A stretch of DNA of 64,000 bases from Eledone cirrhosa (GCA_964016885.1 OZ024743.1:291586001-291650000); one strand, 5' to 3'; counted from the stretch's first letter, positions 11,841 through 26,765 are shown. Translations and numbers: made by a program. The notes: a model not told the origin generated them from the sequence alone.

Positions 11841-14800
11841 ATATGAAAAACCATCCGGTTGTGGAACCAACCAACCAACCGGAAATTTATAATAAATTGA
11901 AGTTAAAGCAACTTGTGCGTGTATTTCTTATTGGCAACATGACCCTCCCGAAGTATAACAATATAAAATTTGGAAGCATGGCCAATTGCACCTTTTTACA
12001 TAAATACACTCTTTTCCTCGGGAATCGTGTTAGAAAGGAAATGTGGGTGTCTGTATAATTGCATGTATCTATGCATGTGTGTGAGTATTATGCCTTTTGT
12101 ATATTTTCTTAGAGTCTCTTCATTCACTCCATCACTACATAGAGTTTTTTCTGTGCCAATAATCACACCCCAAAATGAAAAGTGAATCATCTTCATGTCA
12201 GCAAAATGATAGTAAATGTCAAGAAATATGGTATGGAAGTAGCGATAAAATATAAGGAATAGCTGAAGCATCTTTAAGTCTGTAAACAAGCTCTTCTAGA
12301 CGTAATGGGTGCTGACAATTACAGAGGTAGAAATTTGCATCTCAAATTCAGAATACTGGGAGGTCAAAACAAGGAGATCTCTAGACTTAATTATTTTTTC
12401 CATTGACACCAGGTCATACATTCTTAAGGTTTGTCATAGATCTGAAATCTCTATTACAAAACGGATCTGTATTCTGATTGGGCTTGACGGAGAAAATATA
12501 ATCCTGGCTCTGAGTTGTTAGGAATATGTATTACACCACTTCAGAACGTTCAGCTGCAAGTCAGAGTTCAGAAATGTGTGGTATATGTTATAACTAATTC
12601 ATGTATCTTCTGAAATATTAAGTCGGTCCTGTTAAGATATGAATTTATCATATAAAGTAAAGTAATTATATACTATAAAATATAATATTTCTTGATTCCT
12701 TTTTTCTAGCATTCTCCTACATGAACCAATTGTGTATTTGAATCTGTGGCTCTATAATCTACGAAGTGCTTCAAACTCGAACTACGATCCATCTAATTGA
12801 AGGGGATACGTCACTATATTTATGGTAACCATATACAAAAATCATTCTGGAGTATATATCAATATATATGATTCCCCACTGGTTACATCATTGACCTCTG
12901 GTCAATAATCATTGAAGAAATTATATAATTCCAAAGAGCATAAACTAGAATATTTCTCATAAAGACTGCATACCACCCAGCTAATCAAGAAAATAAAATA
13001 TGAGAAAAATGACCAATCCAGTATTGTAAGGGCATTTGTTTCGGCAGCTGTCCTAATATACAAAACACCTCAATATATTCAATACACACAAGAGCGCAAA
13101 TATATCTATAAGTCTGTACATCACTATAACAATCTCAACATTCTACAGTAGAAAAAAATCCACATAATATGCATGAATCATTATTTGATCTACCACACTG
13201 CTACCACATTTACTACTAAAGATAAAAGCAAATTTGACAGCCGAAGACTTGAATTAGCCTAGAACTACAAGATCCATGCTGGGACAAAATACAGACCCCT
13301 ATGATTTTTATCATTAAGAACCAAAGAAATATCTCTGATTCAAACAATGTTTATATTACCACACAGTGCAAACTTCCACTAACTCAGTCTAGTCAGAATA
13401 TTATTCTCAGTTTTATCAGTGTGGAGAATGTAATGGATACAAGATGCGATTCACTACATCGTGTTTATCATTTCAGCTTCGCATTAGAAAAGTTGAAGAT
13501 ATTAAATTACAATTTATTTTACAATAGGGTTCAGATATATTTGAAATATTTTGGGAAATCTAGTGCTATGCTAATCTATATATATTGAACAAAGACGTGC
13601 ATTATGTTTAGAATAATTTGCTCATTCATTCCGGATTAGATAATATATAGAGCGAACAAGCGTTATATCGGTAAATGTGGTATGTAATTCTTTCCAGCTG
13701 AGAAAGTTTCATTTGGCAACAAGACAAATGACCAAATAAAGATATGTTTGCTTCCTACACCAGTTCTACAGTTTATCAGGGAAACATAATTCTCTTAGAT
13801 ATGGTAATAAATTTTTGTGGAAACAAATATATTTAGGAGTGATAGAAACAGCAGAAATTGCATTCGTATTATCTAGTCCATGAATGAAGGAGGGGATGGA
13901 GAAATACTGAATGTAATCTCTTGCGCTTCGTTTCACTTTATCTTGAAGGTTTAGTAGCATAGAGTTTCTCTCCAAAGACGGCAAACTTCGGATGACCATG
14001 CGAACAGTCTTACTAAATAAGTAGCTGCAACAAAATATTTAGGTCTGAAAACAATTACTTTATATGTTGTTAAACACAGGGGTTTCATAGGTTCTCCCCA
14101 GTGACCTTTCGTACGAAATCATGACTACCGACTTTCATTTGTTTTCCGTAGAACGGAAACACTTTATTGATGAGGAGGATTAGCTGGAATTTATTGTCAC
14201 AATAAATTGTTATACATGATCGCATACAATTTTTGAAATGATGAGGTGTATTCAACATCATTCTTGATGAATTCGAGCTAGCGCTATGTATCACATCCGC
14301 TGCGATACAAATCATACCATATTTCAATATTGTACTGATTGAGTAGGACAACGGGTATGTATTCTTTACACCAGTGAGAAAGTTTTTTTAGATGTGTACT
14401 TGTCATTTGAGTATCGAAGCTTTGTATCATGCCATTGCTCTAGATAAAACATTACAAACTACGTATTTATCGACATCCAAGTATGTTGGTCATATATACA
14501 AAAAGATGTCCCTATTCAAACAACTGGATTTTGTTTGAGTATTGGCTGAACGAAGAATACAATGACACACCGAATTTTGTACTAAAGCATATATGAACAT
14601 CTAGCGATTTATATGTGCCTAGCAATGTATGTTTGTAAATAATATATCTGGTTGAGTCAACCTGTATGTTTTGTGACCTAACAACTAATAGAAGAGAATT
14701 TGCCTTGACGGTTGATTAGGGCACGTTGACTTCTCAGGCAATTCCAAACTTATACGTTTATATAAATGCTGAGGTAGTCATTGTAACTGCGGGACAGCTC

Positions 14801-15639
14801 CTGCAACCCAATAGTTATAGAGTAACTTTCGAATGGTTACACCATATCAGGTGTGAAGAAGCTTCAGCTTTTTCGAGAAAAATGCTACAGGTAGGGACGA
14901 ATTACTTGATAGACATTACAGGTTACCGCAATGTGATGCCAGATTTCTACTATACAATTATATAGCTACGTATAAGAATGAATGATTTAACATCACATTG
15001 TAAGGGAAATCAATCTTGATGCTGCAAAATAGAGCTTGGTATGCATCAGTCCTTACAGGGGATTTTTTATTAATACCTAAGAAGTATCCGCATTCTGTAT
15101 CTTGGATGGGGATGAATTTTGCTGCACCTCGTCAAAGAAAATGTCGATACAAGTCAATCAATAGTATGTAGTGAACATCCCCTTAAATAGTAAAAATCCC
15201 TTGCACTCTGCTAAATTATATAATAAAAACGAAAGATAGTGCAACAAATTCACAATCCATAGCTTTGTTGATTGCACCATGTTTCGATATCCTTCTATAC
15301 AAACCATAGATATGTTGATGTTCAGTTATTTGTTAGCAAATAGCAAATCGCAATGTATGTGCTAATGATACACATCATTTGTCATTAGATTGTAATAGAA
15401 CCGTTGTATGGGCCACCTATTATAGAGATGAGTAGATGGTATGCATTCTGTTGTGGTGTTTGTTCGTTAATTATAGCAAGACGGTCAGCAGTGAAATAAC
15501 AAGGTGTATAATAAATCAGAAGGAGTTTTGATTTAAAATAAACATAGGAATGTAAGTCAAGTGATAAGATGACTAATGCAGAATATGTGACAAAGTTGTA
15601 AGTGACGAGGAAGTGTTTTGTCCAATAAGTAAAACGATA

Positions 15640-18330
15640 TTTTTACAATAGTTTATAACTTTGCCTATTAAACCGTATAGTGAGCAAATAGGGTCCCACG
15701 TGCTGGCCTCCCCACAGCCCCGGCAAATAGGATGGAGAAGGCGTTTCGCCGGAGGATGGTAGGGAAGATGCGCTGGAAGAGCTATTCCAACTCGCGAGGC
15801 TCACACGGCTGGCCAGCTTAGTGTCTATGGTGGTGAATAGAGAGGTAGCCCTATGGCCAAGGACACCAGAAGTCTCCACGGCCAAGGGCACGACCGCGAA
15901 TCTGTTGGAGAGCGACCGGTACTCGGAGAGTTTGGTCTCCTCAGCCCGACGTGCAGCAGTGCTTGGGTTAGTCGCAGACTACACCATGTTACAGCTGGAG
16001 AGAGTGTGGCATCCCAGACAAGAGGTTTGCCACCGCGGAACGGGAAGATGGTCATACCGCCTGGCTTTTTGCCATCCCTTCGCTCCAGCCCCACTGGCTC
16101 GAGCTGGGAGGGGAATCCTGCAGCGTCCAAACCATGCTTAATGATATCGGTGAGGGCACCATGGCGTGGAAGGCGATCGGCACTGTGGCGACAGGAAAGC
16201 GGGTGGACTCCGAAAGTATCCACGTTGGGTCAACCGCGACATTTATGTGGCTCGCAGATCCGGAGACCAAGCCTCAAAGAAACGACGATCCGTAGGCTAT
16301 CGTTATCACGCTGCGTGCCAGTTGGGAAGGATTGCAAGGCAGGGAGCCTGTGGCGTTTCGAGGTCGCGCGAAAACAGGCAAGGTGGTGCTAGTCAAGCTG
16401 GCGCGTGAACCTGTCTGAGACCAGGCTGCAGTGGATGGCATCTCATACGCTTTGGGGGGAGTTGACGTTAGCAGGGGGAGAATGAGGAGGCCTCTACCGG
16501 GCTAAGTCCCAGCCTGTCCCACGTCTCACAGGCGACGTCACGTTCCCCGAATACAGAGCGTTCTATTGTACTTTGGCGAACCCTGCTGACAAGGACCCGG
16601 CATGAGGTTACCGATGAAAGAAACGCCGGCAAAGCCATCGAGATCGGGGACCGGAGGCCAAAGCCGCCATATCTGACAGGTAAAGTTGCATGTTGCCATC
16701 CGATGTCGTTATACCTGACATTGCATATCTCCCCAGCTGCCGCTCGGATACAAGTATCGAGGTCAGTGAGGAGAGATGCGTAGCTGTAGCACGGAGCGCT
16801 GCGAAGTTTGTAGAGGAGCTTCGGCAGGGCGAATCTGTTCCTCAACAGGAAGAGAGCTGGGTGGATATCGATCATGTCCAGTCGGCTTGTGAGGGTCTGG
16901 AGTTGTTGAAGCCTAAACCTGATAGTGGAGCGGATGGCCGGTGAGTGGATGGGTGACCTGAGGATGAGGACTTCTTCTTTGGGGATCACCTGTACCTGGT
17001 GGAGTGTGGACCTTACGTCCAGGGTGGAGGCTGTAAAGCCATCAGCATCATAGCCTCCGACTTGGACAAGTTCACCTGGAGGCCGATTCCCGCCAGGGCA
17101 AGAACCATTGATTGAAGGTCATAGCAGAGAGTCTCCACAGGCCCGCCCAGCGTACCATCTTCCATGTACCAAACGAGGAGAGGGACCGTGATACTCCGGG
17201 CAATGTTGGACCCCAGTGGTATGACTGTCAGCAGCTAGGAGCATGGTCGGGGCTCCATATGACAAGTAGGCCAGCAGGTAGGCGGAGGGGGCTCGGCTGA
17301 GGCAGGCATTGAGCAGATGGGCCCGGCGTATGCAGTTAAGTTCATTCCTCATCTCAAGCTTGACAATGAGGTGCCTGGCGTCCCTGGATGCCAGTTCCGG
17401 TTGGCAGTTATTGAAGAACTGCCTGGTTGAATGTGCGGCTCCGTCACAGCCACTGGAGACGCCGACACCCAGTTGTACCGGACTGAACTCCTCACCCATT
17501 TCAGGTGTTATGGAACTGCTGACCACGTTAGCAGCCAACCTCCGGAAGACAATGCCCTCAGCGATGGAGCGTATGCCACCCTCTTTCTTCCTGAGAGCGG
17601 TCAGGCTAGCCGAAAAAAGAGGCCTAGGGTGTGAGGATCCAGTGTGCCATGGATAAACTTATTGCATTCAGAAGACGGCACCCGGCCTCAGCAGAGAGGG
17701 GAGATAGCAATTCTTTGAGGTGGCCTGATCGGAGACCACCAGCCCCACCACTGTTGCTAGCTAGGAAGGACTTCATGGCAGATATAATGTCTGCATCGGA
17801 AGCCACAAGGTGCAGGTAGGGATCGGGTGGGGGTATGGGTTGGAGATCAGCGATTGGCTCAGGGTGCTTGAGTTGCAGGGCATCCATGACATTCTTGGTG
17901 GGTTGGGGGACAGTGTCTCTGAGGCAACCACTCTGACTGCCGCCTTGACATCACCCATGATATGTTTGGCCTTTACCGGGTCACGCTTGGCGCTGGCCTC
18001 GGGAATGGAGGATTGGACACATCCAAGAGCAGGAATTTTGGCGTCCTTCGGTCCGCTTGGAATGGGTGCTTGCCAAAATGACGAAACATTGGCGTTGACA
18101 AAGGCTGCTGTCGACAGGCCGCCTCGGTCAGCGCCATAGCTGGGTAGGCCGAGGGTGAGTGGGTTGAAATAGAAGAGGCGCTCCTAGTCGCTGGCTCGAT
18201 TGGAGTCCAGAACACTCTCGATCGAGGAAGCGAGGTCATTGGGCACCGGCACCCGAGCCGCTCTCGGGATCCTGAGCGGACTCCTGAGCCGTCTGAGCTG
18301 AGTGATGTTGACCAGAGAGGCATGGGCATC
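15640..18330 (-). mobile_element. CRE-clade non-LTR retrotransposon, frameshifted (RT, zinc knuckle, restriction-like endonuclease)
   Basis: GC-rich island; fragments KKEGGIRSIAEG, PVQLGVGVSSGC, IVKLEMRNELN, WQHATLPVRYGGFGL, GVHPLSC...RHGALTDII, LEPVGL...KKPGGMT...LVWDAT, PLAVETSGVLG. Confidence 0.85.
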
Positions 18331-18999
18331 AGGCAAAACAGTACGAAATAATGTTCTTGTACATGAGTGTTGATAGTATTATCTTGCAATTACTCACGTT
18401 GAAGAAGTAAAGCCCTTGCGTCGTATATAAGAATAAGTTGCTGTTGCTGTTGTTGCTGTTCATTGGAGTTGCGAAGACCGTGTCTGGACAGATGGCAACG
18501 ACTAACTAACTTTTGGCACCACTGACGTTATCCAGGCGGAGGTGACGTCACTGAGGTTTTGCGCATGTATCCACTTCAATATCGATTTGCCAGTGAAACA
18601 TGTGCCATGTGGTGCAAATCAAATGGCTTTTAGAGTAAACGATAGAATCCGAAAAGTGTTTTCAGACATTTAACCAAGTAAAGGTAAAACTCAATATGTG
18701 TCCATTTTTGTTTGATTTTCTCTCAAAACAAATGGAAATGTTTGAATGTGTTTTATTTTAATGCAATGAATCAAATGGAAACTACAATGAGCATGGGGAT
18801 GCCAAACATTAGATATATTCTTGCCTAAACTTCAACGTCTCTTAAATTTAACAGGTCTCAACTTTTTTAATATTTATAATACTTATTACGTTTACCTCGG
18901 AGAGAATATATTTTGTATATCCTAGAAAAAAAGGAATACACCTCTGGGCGGTACTTCCACAATATCTCAAAGACGTACCTCAGTGTGAATATTTGGTCG

Positions 19000-19700
19000 G
19001 TCGTGCTGCGTCCAGGGCGGAAACCACACTGTCCATCAGCTAGTTGGGACTCGGCAATTTCCTCACCTCACTTAAACTCAGCATAAACTTTACCGGAGAT
19101 GCTTAACAAGGTGAACACTCTATAATAGTAGTAATCACTCTTTCACCTATTTTGGAATTTAGGATTATCACTCTCGCCTGCCAATGCGTAATTGCCTTTC
19201 CAAAGTTCCAGTCAACCCGGCACACACGAGTCAGCCAGAAAATACCTCCTCTATATAAGGTTTTTAAAACTTAAGGCAAAATTCCATCCTCCCCAGCAGC
19301 TTGGCGGCATTTGAGCTCTTTAATTGTTCTTAGATCCTAATCCTGCGAGAGATAAGTCATCGCTCCCAGATGCATGTATATCAGAAGATAATGTTATGAT
19401 TGGCTTTTCGAGAGCAGTAAAGTATTCTCACCACTTCGCAAGGATTCACCTCTCTGAGTTGACCCAGGGAGTTCTCTGAATGTGGATGCAATAGTATCTG
19501 CATAGCTGATCCTGACTTCCTTATCGACCAAAGCTTCCTACTTTATCCCATAGGTTACCTTGATCTGCCAGTTATGTGGGCTTCTTTTGTTTTTGGTAGT
19601 TTCACGTTGTAGATAACTAGATGGTGATTAGTTGCCAGCTAGCAGCTCTCTTATCATGAACATCCAGCTCAGAATAGAAGAGATCAAATACAATAATGAA
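19000..19700 (-). mobile_element. Highly decayed LINE RT remnant (RTE/L2-like)
   Basis: Minus strand near 19265-19300 reads AAGEDGILP*VLK, a pre-RT motif; boundaries uncertain. Confidence 0.4.
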
Positions 19701-19741
19701 ATCACTTATTGATCTATGTTTCTGATACTCCTTATGTCATG

Positions 19742-19804
<63 letters not shown>

Positions 19805-19867
19805 ATGCCTCTGTGTTATAAGAAGGTGTTCATAATAGTTAGTCCATTGCTAGAACAGGAACCTAAT

Positions 19868-19980
19868 AATTATTTCTACATTTGGCACAAAGCCAGCAAT
19901 TACCCAATACATTACTGGTTCTTTATTTTATCGACACTGTAAGGATGAAAAGCAAAGTTAACCTCGGCGGCATTTGAACA
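19868..19980 (-). mobile_element. SINE fragment (MetaSINE-like)
   Basis: ttattttatcgacactgtaaggatgaaaagcaaagttaacctcggcggcatttgaac. Confidence 0.75.
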
Positions 19981-20934
19981 GGAATCTAATAATGCCCCTC
20001 CATTCGTATTTAGATCGGAATCGCCATTCCTTCCAGTATCTCATTACCATGTCAAGTGGTGATTGCCAACATATGCATTGAAGTCCCCCATTAGGATATT
20101 TGACTCCACCTTAACTACATCTAACTCTGCAGTGATTCCACAAAGGAAGGATCTGTACTCGGACTCTTTGCTTGTATAAACTTGCACCACCGTCATGGAC
20201 CTATATTTCATGCACACACACGAAGTTTAAATAATGCACATCAACGAAATATTCTCGTTATGCACAGAAATAACAGTACCAATGAGACATCTGGACAATC
20301 CATTTCGTCCCTCAGACGCCGGACTACACTCCTGCTCTCCTCACCCATCTGATTTTTGTTTTCTTTTCAACCTTGCAAACTTGTTTGCGTATCTCTTAAA
20401 TAAACAATCTATTTCAGTAATACCCTATCCCGTTTTTTATTTGATTTATTATCTACAATACCATCATCATATATATACCCGCAAATACTAGAAGACTGCG
20501 TTCTTGTCAACACTCTTCACAACTTCCCTTTAGTTTCTCACACACCTCCCTCTTCTCCTCACAACTCTTCTTTCTACCTGACTTTCTTTTTCTTGTTTCT
20601 CTTTCTCCCCACTTAACTCTCTCCCTCCCCCTCTCCCTCTCTCTCTCCCTCTCTCCCTATATTTACCCTTATTGTTGTCGCTTTTATGTTTCTAATTCTT
20701 CACTCTATTTTTCGTTAATTTTCTTTTCGTTTCCTCCAAACATCCCCACTCACTTTTCCGCCCCCATTCTAAGTGTCTCATTATTTTTAACCCTTTCTTT
20801 CTGCAAAACTTGACCATATATTTATTTTCATTTCTTTATATATACATGCACAGGTCGGTCTGTTTATTCCGGAGTAATTTAAAAGCAAGACGTTTAACTC
20901 CACAGGTTAAAATTAACTTCGTTTATACATATTC

Positions 20935-20993
20935 CCTGCTATATATATTTCGGTGATAGCCAATATTCAACAGCTATGACCTCATTAGAGAGC
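20935..20993 (-). ncRNA. Degenerate hammerhead motif
   Basis: Minus strand CUAAUGA-GGUCAUAGCUG...UGGCUAUCACC-GAAAUAUAUAUA; long stem II pairs, core has G-to-A change. Confidence 0.45.
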
Positions 20994-21507
20994 TAGAACT
21001 TGAACAGAAAAAACAGCAAAAACATAATTATGGAACAAAGTTTAAATCTGTTATTTTGATCTATTGATATAGCCAGTCTCAAAGTATGGTGTTGTTTTCT
21101 CAAAGAACTGGTGGCATATGATTCAGAATGAAGGAATTCAAGCATCAGTAAGATTTACCTTCCTCTCCTTGGTCAGGTTCAGTCTAATGAATTTCTTATA
21201 TCAGTTGTCCTGAAATCAGGTCAGTTGGTTAGGGTTAATTTTAGCAGCCAACTATAATAACTATATATACCTAGAATATGTTTTGGTCTAGATGACCTGG
21301 TTGTATTAGTGGCAGTAGTGTTAATATGATCCTACCACTGCTCGTTTTATGGTAGTATTGGAGATGCTAGTGAAATATTCACATATGGAAACAGATATGG
21401 GATCATTCGGGGATGTATATGCTTATCAATATTAAGAGTCCTTATAGTAAGAGGTCTTGAAATTATAATTGTAGGTGTTAAAAATGATAATCCATATTGT
21501 AAACATA

Positions 21508-21600
21508 TAATTGTTTCTACTATGCCACAAGGCCAGCAAATACCTAGTGCATTACTGGTACTTTATTTTATCGTCCCCTTAAGGATGAAAGGCAAAGCTA
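21508..21600 (-). mobile_element. SINE fragment (MetaSINE-like)
   Basis: tactggtactttattttatcgtccccttaaggatgaaaggcaaag. Confidence 0.7.
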
Positions 21601-22369
21601 ACATATAATACACACCCGCTGACACGTATCCACCCCCACACACATATACATCTATACACACACGCATATATATATATATATATACACATGTATATCTATA
21701 TATAAACACATAGATATACACTTATATACATATATACACACACATATAAGAACCTACACATACGTGAATACACACATATAGCCACATATTTACCCTTTAG
21801 AAGGGGGAAAATAGAAATAACAGGTACTTCTTATTTACCTATCAGAGTTTGTATTGACTTTTATGGGCGAAAGGAATTAGGTTAGAAGTAGTTTTTCCTT
21901 AGTAAAACGAGATTATAGACCGAGGGTCAATGGTGGTCTTTTTTTTCTGTTCTGCAACAAATAGTTAATATAAAGAATAGTATGTTCATGTGTAGAGATG
22001 TCATAAAATAGACTAAAAAACAGGGTGAAACCCTTAAAGAAGGCAAAAGAAGTGAATGTATTGGTCTATTTTTTCAGTAGTTTTTCATGGCTGAATGATG
22101 ATGGCCAGAATGATGGTGAGCAGAAAAATGGGGTATACGGAGATACCCAGGGTAGGTTTCTGCTAACGTATATTATCTCGGTAAATACCTAGTGGCTAGA
22201 TACTTGGATTAGAACTTGGGAAGTGAGAAAGAAGGGAAATCCAGGTAGTTTATTGTATAGATCCTAGGAGGATGAAGGGATTTCCTGACTTCTAAATTAT
22301 TTGCAATCAGGGTATAATGAAATGGAATGTATAATGTAAGACATTTCGTTCCACGCTTTGATCTTTCTA

Positions 22370-22910
22370 TTAATTCTCTGCTCTTGGGCGGTGGATTGGC
22401 AGTATCGGTAGAGGATCGGCCCTTTATGATCAGAGTTCAAATCCCACCGAGGTTAACTTTGCCTTTCATCCTTACGGGATCGATAAAATGAAGTAGCAGT
22501 CACGCACTGGAATCAATTTAATCGAACACACCCCCCCGAAAAAAAAAAAAGATTGCTGGCCTTGTGCCTATATAAGAAACCTTTAATTCTCTGTTCTAAA
22601 GGCGGTGGATTGGCAGTACCAGTCGAGGGTCGATTTAATCGTCTTTCTCCTCCCCCACAATCGCTTGCCTTGTGCCTATATATGAGAAACCAGGGTGGTG
22701 GATTGGCAGTATCGGTAGAAGGTCAGACGCCATGCTTTGCAGCATAGAGTTACGGCCCTTTATTATCTGATATCAAGTTCCGCCGAGGTTGACTTTGCCT
22801 TTCATCCTTACGGGGTCGATAAAATAAGTACCAGGCATGCACTGAGGTCCATTTAATCGACTTCTCCCTCCCCAACATATGCTGGCCTTGCGCCTATATA
22901 AGAATCCATT
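22370..22910 (+). mobile_element. Tandem cluster of three tRNA-derived SINE copies (MetaSINE-like), middle copy deleted
   Basis: Heads ggcggtggattggcagta at ~22387, ~22601 and ~22693; B-box-like gagttcaaatccc; core gcctttcatccttacggggtcgataaaataagtaccag resembles the Meta domain. Confidence 0.75.
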
Positions 22911-23304
22911 ACTTCCTTGCTCTGTAGTAATAATCATTATCACTTTAATTCGTTACTTAATCACAATTATCAGAATGTTGAGAACATGAAACATGCAATA
23001 CTATTGATCACGGTTTTAAATAACATTCATACACTCGGCATTGGAATGAGGAAAGACAAATTTGCGCCCAACGAGATTTGAACTGAAAATGTATACGACC
23101 GAACAAAAATCGAGTCTTCCATCGTAGTGGCATTCATTTTAGCATTATAGCTGTAAATATGTCAAATAATTATATTTGCTAATACGATAAATTGTAAATG
23201 AACATTGCACGCACACACATTTTATACATGAAGTAATTGATTATATTTTCTAACAGAATTGATGTGTGTTACGTAAATATATCCCGAATGTCTGCACATC
23301 TGTC

Positions 23305-23340
<36 letters not shown>

Positions 23341-23474
23341 CATCTTACGTTAACTATTTTTCCCATTTTGACGCTATAGTCACTTATATATTATGGAATA
23401 CTGTTGGCTTTTTGCTACAATATTTTCTATACCTTTCATTTATATATATATGTATATATATATATATATATGTA

Positions 23475-23530
<56 letters not shown>

Positions 23531-24379
23531 GTGTATGTGTGTGTGTGTGTGTGCGTGCTCGTGTGTGCGTAATGTGAAGATTGAAGTTTTCTATTAAGCT
23601 GAACATTGTGATAGCAATGGTGATACAAAGTTAATAACGATGTATGTAAGCTTGCGTAAGTTGCTCTTGATGATGTTGACGATCATCATAGATATATGAT
23701 TATTTTTGCAGTCTTACATCTATGATCATGACTGAAGTTAGCCTCTCCTGTTTTTATTCCACCTCGTTTTCTTCTATATGACCTTATAACCGGAGGTTAC
23801 TGATAAGAAACTGCTGCTGTTCTGTAAAAACATCAGTAAAATACTGAAAGTAATACTTGCACTATCTGTCGTATCAACAAATGTTATAATGCTACGAGCA
23901 CATTATTATCTATGGTAATTCCTGAGAAAAGATATGGTCAAGGGACAACTGACAAGACAAAGAAAGACACTAACGAATGGCAGGGAGATGACATGAAACC
24001 TTCTCCTCAATGCAACAACTCATAGGTATGTGTTTAAGAAAGTAAGCAGATTTTATGTGCTTGGGCATGTGTATATTTATCTATACATATGTTTGTGTGA
24101 ATCTTTGTACAGTAATGATGTGTTCACATGTGTGAAGAAATTGTAATAATGATTAAAATGAGGATATTGATAAATACTATCCAATATTTAAATCTTATTA
24201 ACTTTTGTTTGCAACTTAATATTGTTTTCTTCCCATTATTTCATTTATTTAATAAAACGAATTTCATTTATATTCGTTTATTCTCTTATTCCTGGTGACG
24301 ATAACATGTTTATCGTTTATATATATATATATATATAAAAACACCATATTCCTACGTGTCCCAAAAACCAATAACATTG

Positions 24380-26450
24380 TTATTGCAAGGATGGACAGGC
24401 GACGGTGAAACGGAGCCCATTGTGAATATTAAACCTGCCAGAATGGTTAGCTAGTAAAACCGCACCAATGCATCTCGCCCGATGTTCTATAATTTCATCA
24501 AACCCCACCTCAAGACAGACATTTTATTTTTCGAAGAAGACATATGACAGGAAAAGACAATCGGGCGTGTTTGACATCACAACGTATAGACCAATCAACT
24601 CTATATACAGCTGATCAAAATACATAATTTCAATAACATGATATAGTTCAATGCTCTGTAGAATTGGTTCTTGCAAACATACACGGTCGAATGGCGGTTC
24701 TGTGCAGAGGATATATCTCTAAAATCCCCGTTACTTTTATTATACGGGATTCACTAGAGGTTCTCACATGAAATATAGAATAGAAAGTTTACCTAGTCTT
24801 CTACCAAGGGAAAATTAATAAAACAAATAAAAAAAACACAATATCTTGTTAGATAAAGAAACGGATATATAAAATGGCAAACGCTGTTGGCTAATATCTA
24901 CATATAGATATTAATGCCTGGGGAGTTTACAATAAAAAAAAATGTTCTGTGAAGCAATATTACAGACGCATTAAGTAAATACTTCAAACAGACCTAAAAA
25001 GATAATACGTCTGAATTTCCTGTCTATTCAAGTAACAACGTATATATAAATGATTATCAACTGAAACCTGAAATTACACTAGGAAAACTGTGCAGGAACC
25101 AATGCCTGCATTTAAAATGCAGCATTCTAAAATCTATGCACAATTTTTATATTTGCCATGATTACACAGAAGTCGGCGTATTCTGCTTCTAGAACATTTT
25201 GCAATATCTATCGTAAAACTACAAGTGGACAACTTATAAAAACGAGGAATCTTATACAGGAAGTTATGAATCAAGAATAAAATAAAAAAATGTCTGTCTT
25301 ACATTTTCAATAATTACGATGAATATGTAAGAGCACCTATATTAAAAGACAGATTCAATAGCACGAATTACTAAACTGAAAATAGTATTATGAAATGTCA
25401 TACTAAGACTTTAGCAAGAGACGACCTAACATGACTAAAATAGTAATAAGTAGATGAAGTAACTCTCAGTAGTGCTTGACATTTCATTGAAGACATAGAT
25501 GATACGGAAAAATAAGGAAAGTTTATAAAATGCAGTAATAGAGCATCAGAAGAGTGAATTCGTCACAGTTGTTGTCTAATTGCTAACTGCTCCGTCATAG
25601 ACAAAATGGAATATATGCATATTAATGAGTTTTTGAGCTAGAAACTATCAAATAAATTAAATAGATGGGCCTGTAAATAAGAGCCAGAATATATCCACGC
25701 TTAAGGATCTGGAAACAGTGATAAGAATAATACTGCGATTTAAAAAAGTAAACATTTTCATAGATACTAATTAGCTTGGAGAATGTCTGATGTAAATGCA
25801 GAACAGAACGGAAGGGACGACACACAAACAAGACAAGGATACATTCATTGAGATGATTGCACACTAGACCATAAAACTAGACGCAATCCCATGAAAACCT
25901 TAATTGTAAAAATGTTTTTTTCACATTTACTAAAAGATTCAGAACAAATGAAGGCAATGTCGAATAACTCGTAAAAGTATAAAACATAAAACGACGCTGT
26001 ATGCGAGTCTATTTCTACAGGAAAACAGTAAACAGCCAGTAATGTTCATGAATGTTTCTAATATTAATTAAATAAAATCTTACCTATAGAAAATTGAAAT
26101 CAGAACGCCATTTCGTCTAACGAAAGAATGTTAATTGTTAAATAAGACTTCTAAACATTTATTACAACCTTTTAATTTTCTCCGACGATCATACGTAAAG
26201 GAAAGCCCAAATGAATGTTATATGACGCACCAAACTTAAACAAAATAAAATGACACAAATAAATATAAATTAATGCTAGCGAACAAATCTGTAAAGTCTT
26301 TATTCATTGAGACAAACTACAAACTTATTAGACGAGAAACATTTATATTTGTCGATAGGTTAATTTTAAGCAGAGTTCGTATAAGGTCAAATCACAAATT
26401 AACGCTCCACAGAATTTTGCGCAGTCATTTGATGGACAGAAATTTCCAGT
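24380..26450 (+). mobile_element. Very decayed LINE-like remnant (possibly RTE)
   Basis: A-rich strand bias and a few endonuclease-like peptide fragments only. Confidence 0.3.
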
Positions 26451-26765
26451 AGTTATCGGGGTTGTGTTGGTGTTGGATAGTTTATTTTATTCGTTTGCTC
26501 TTTCCACACACCCCTTTTCCCATCTAACAAACGAACATTTATATATACGTATATATACACACGGGTGTGTGTTTGGGTGTTGGTATGTATGTCTATACAT
26601 ACACATACGTAACCATACACACACACACAAATATATATATATATAAATATATATATACATATATATATACAGAGAGAGAAGCGTACGCGACAATCGATAT
26701 ATATAATATATACAAATAAATATGCATATACATTCATAACGTCCCTATCTCACTCTCTCTCTCTC

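Noticed and set aside
22385-22450. tRNA gene
   Set aside because: Only A/B-box-like remnants of a SINE head; no cloverleaf
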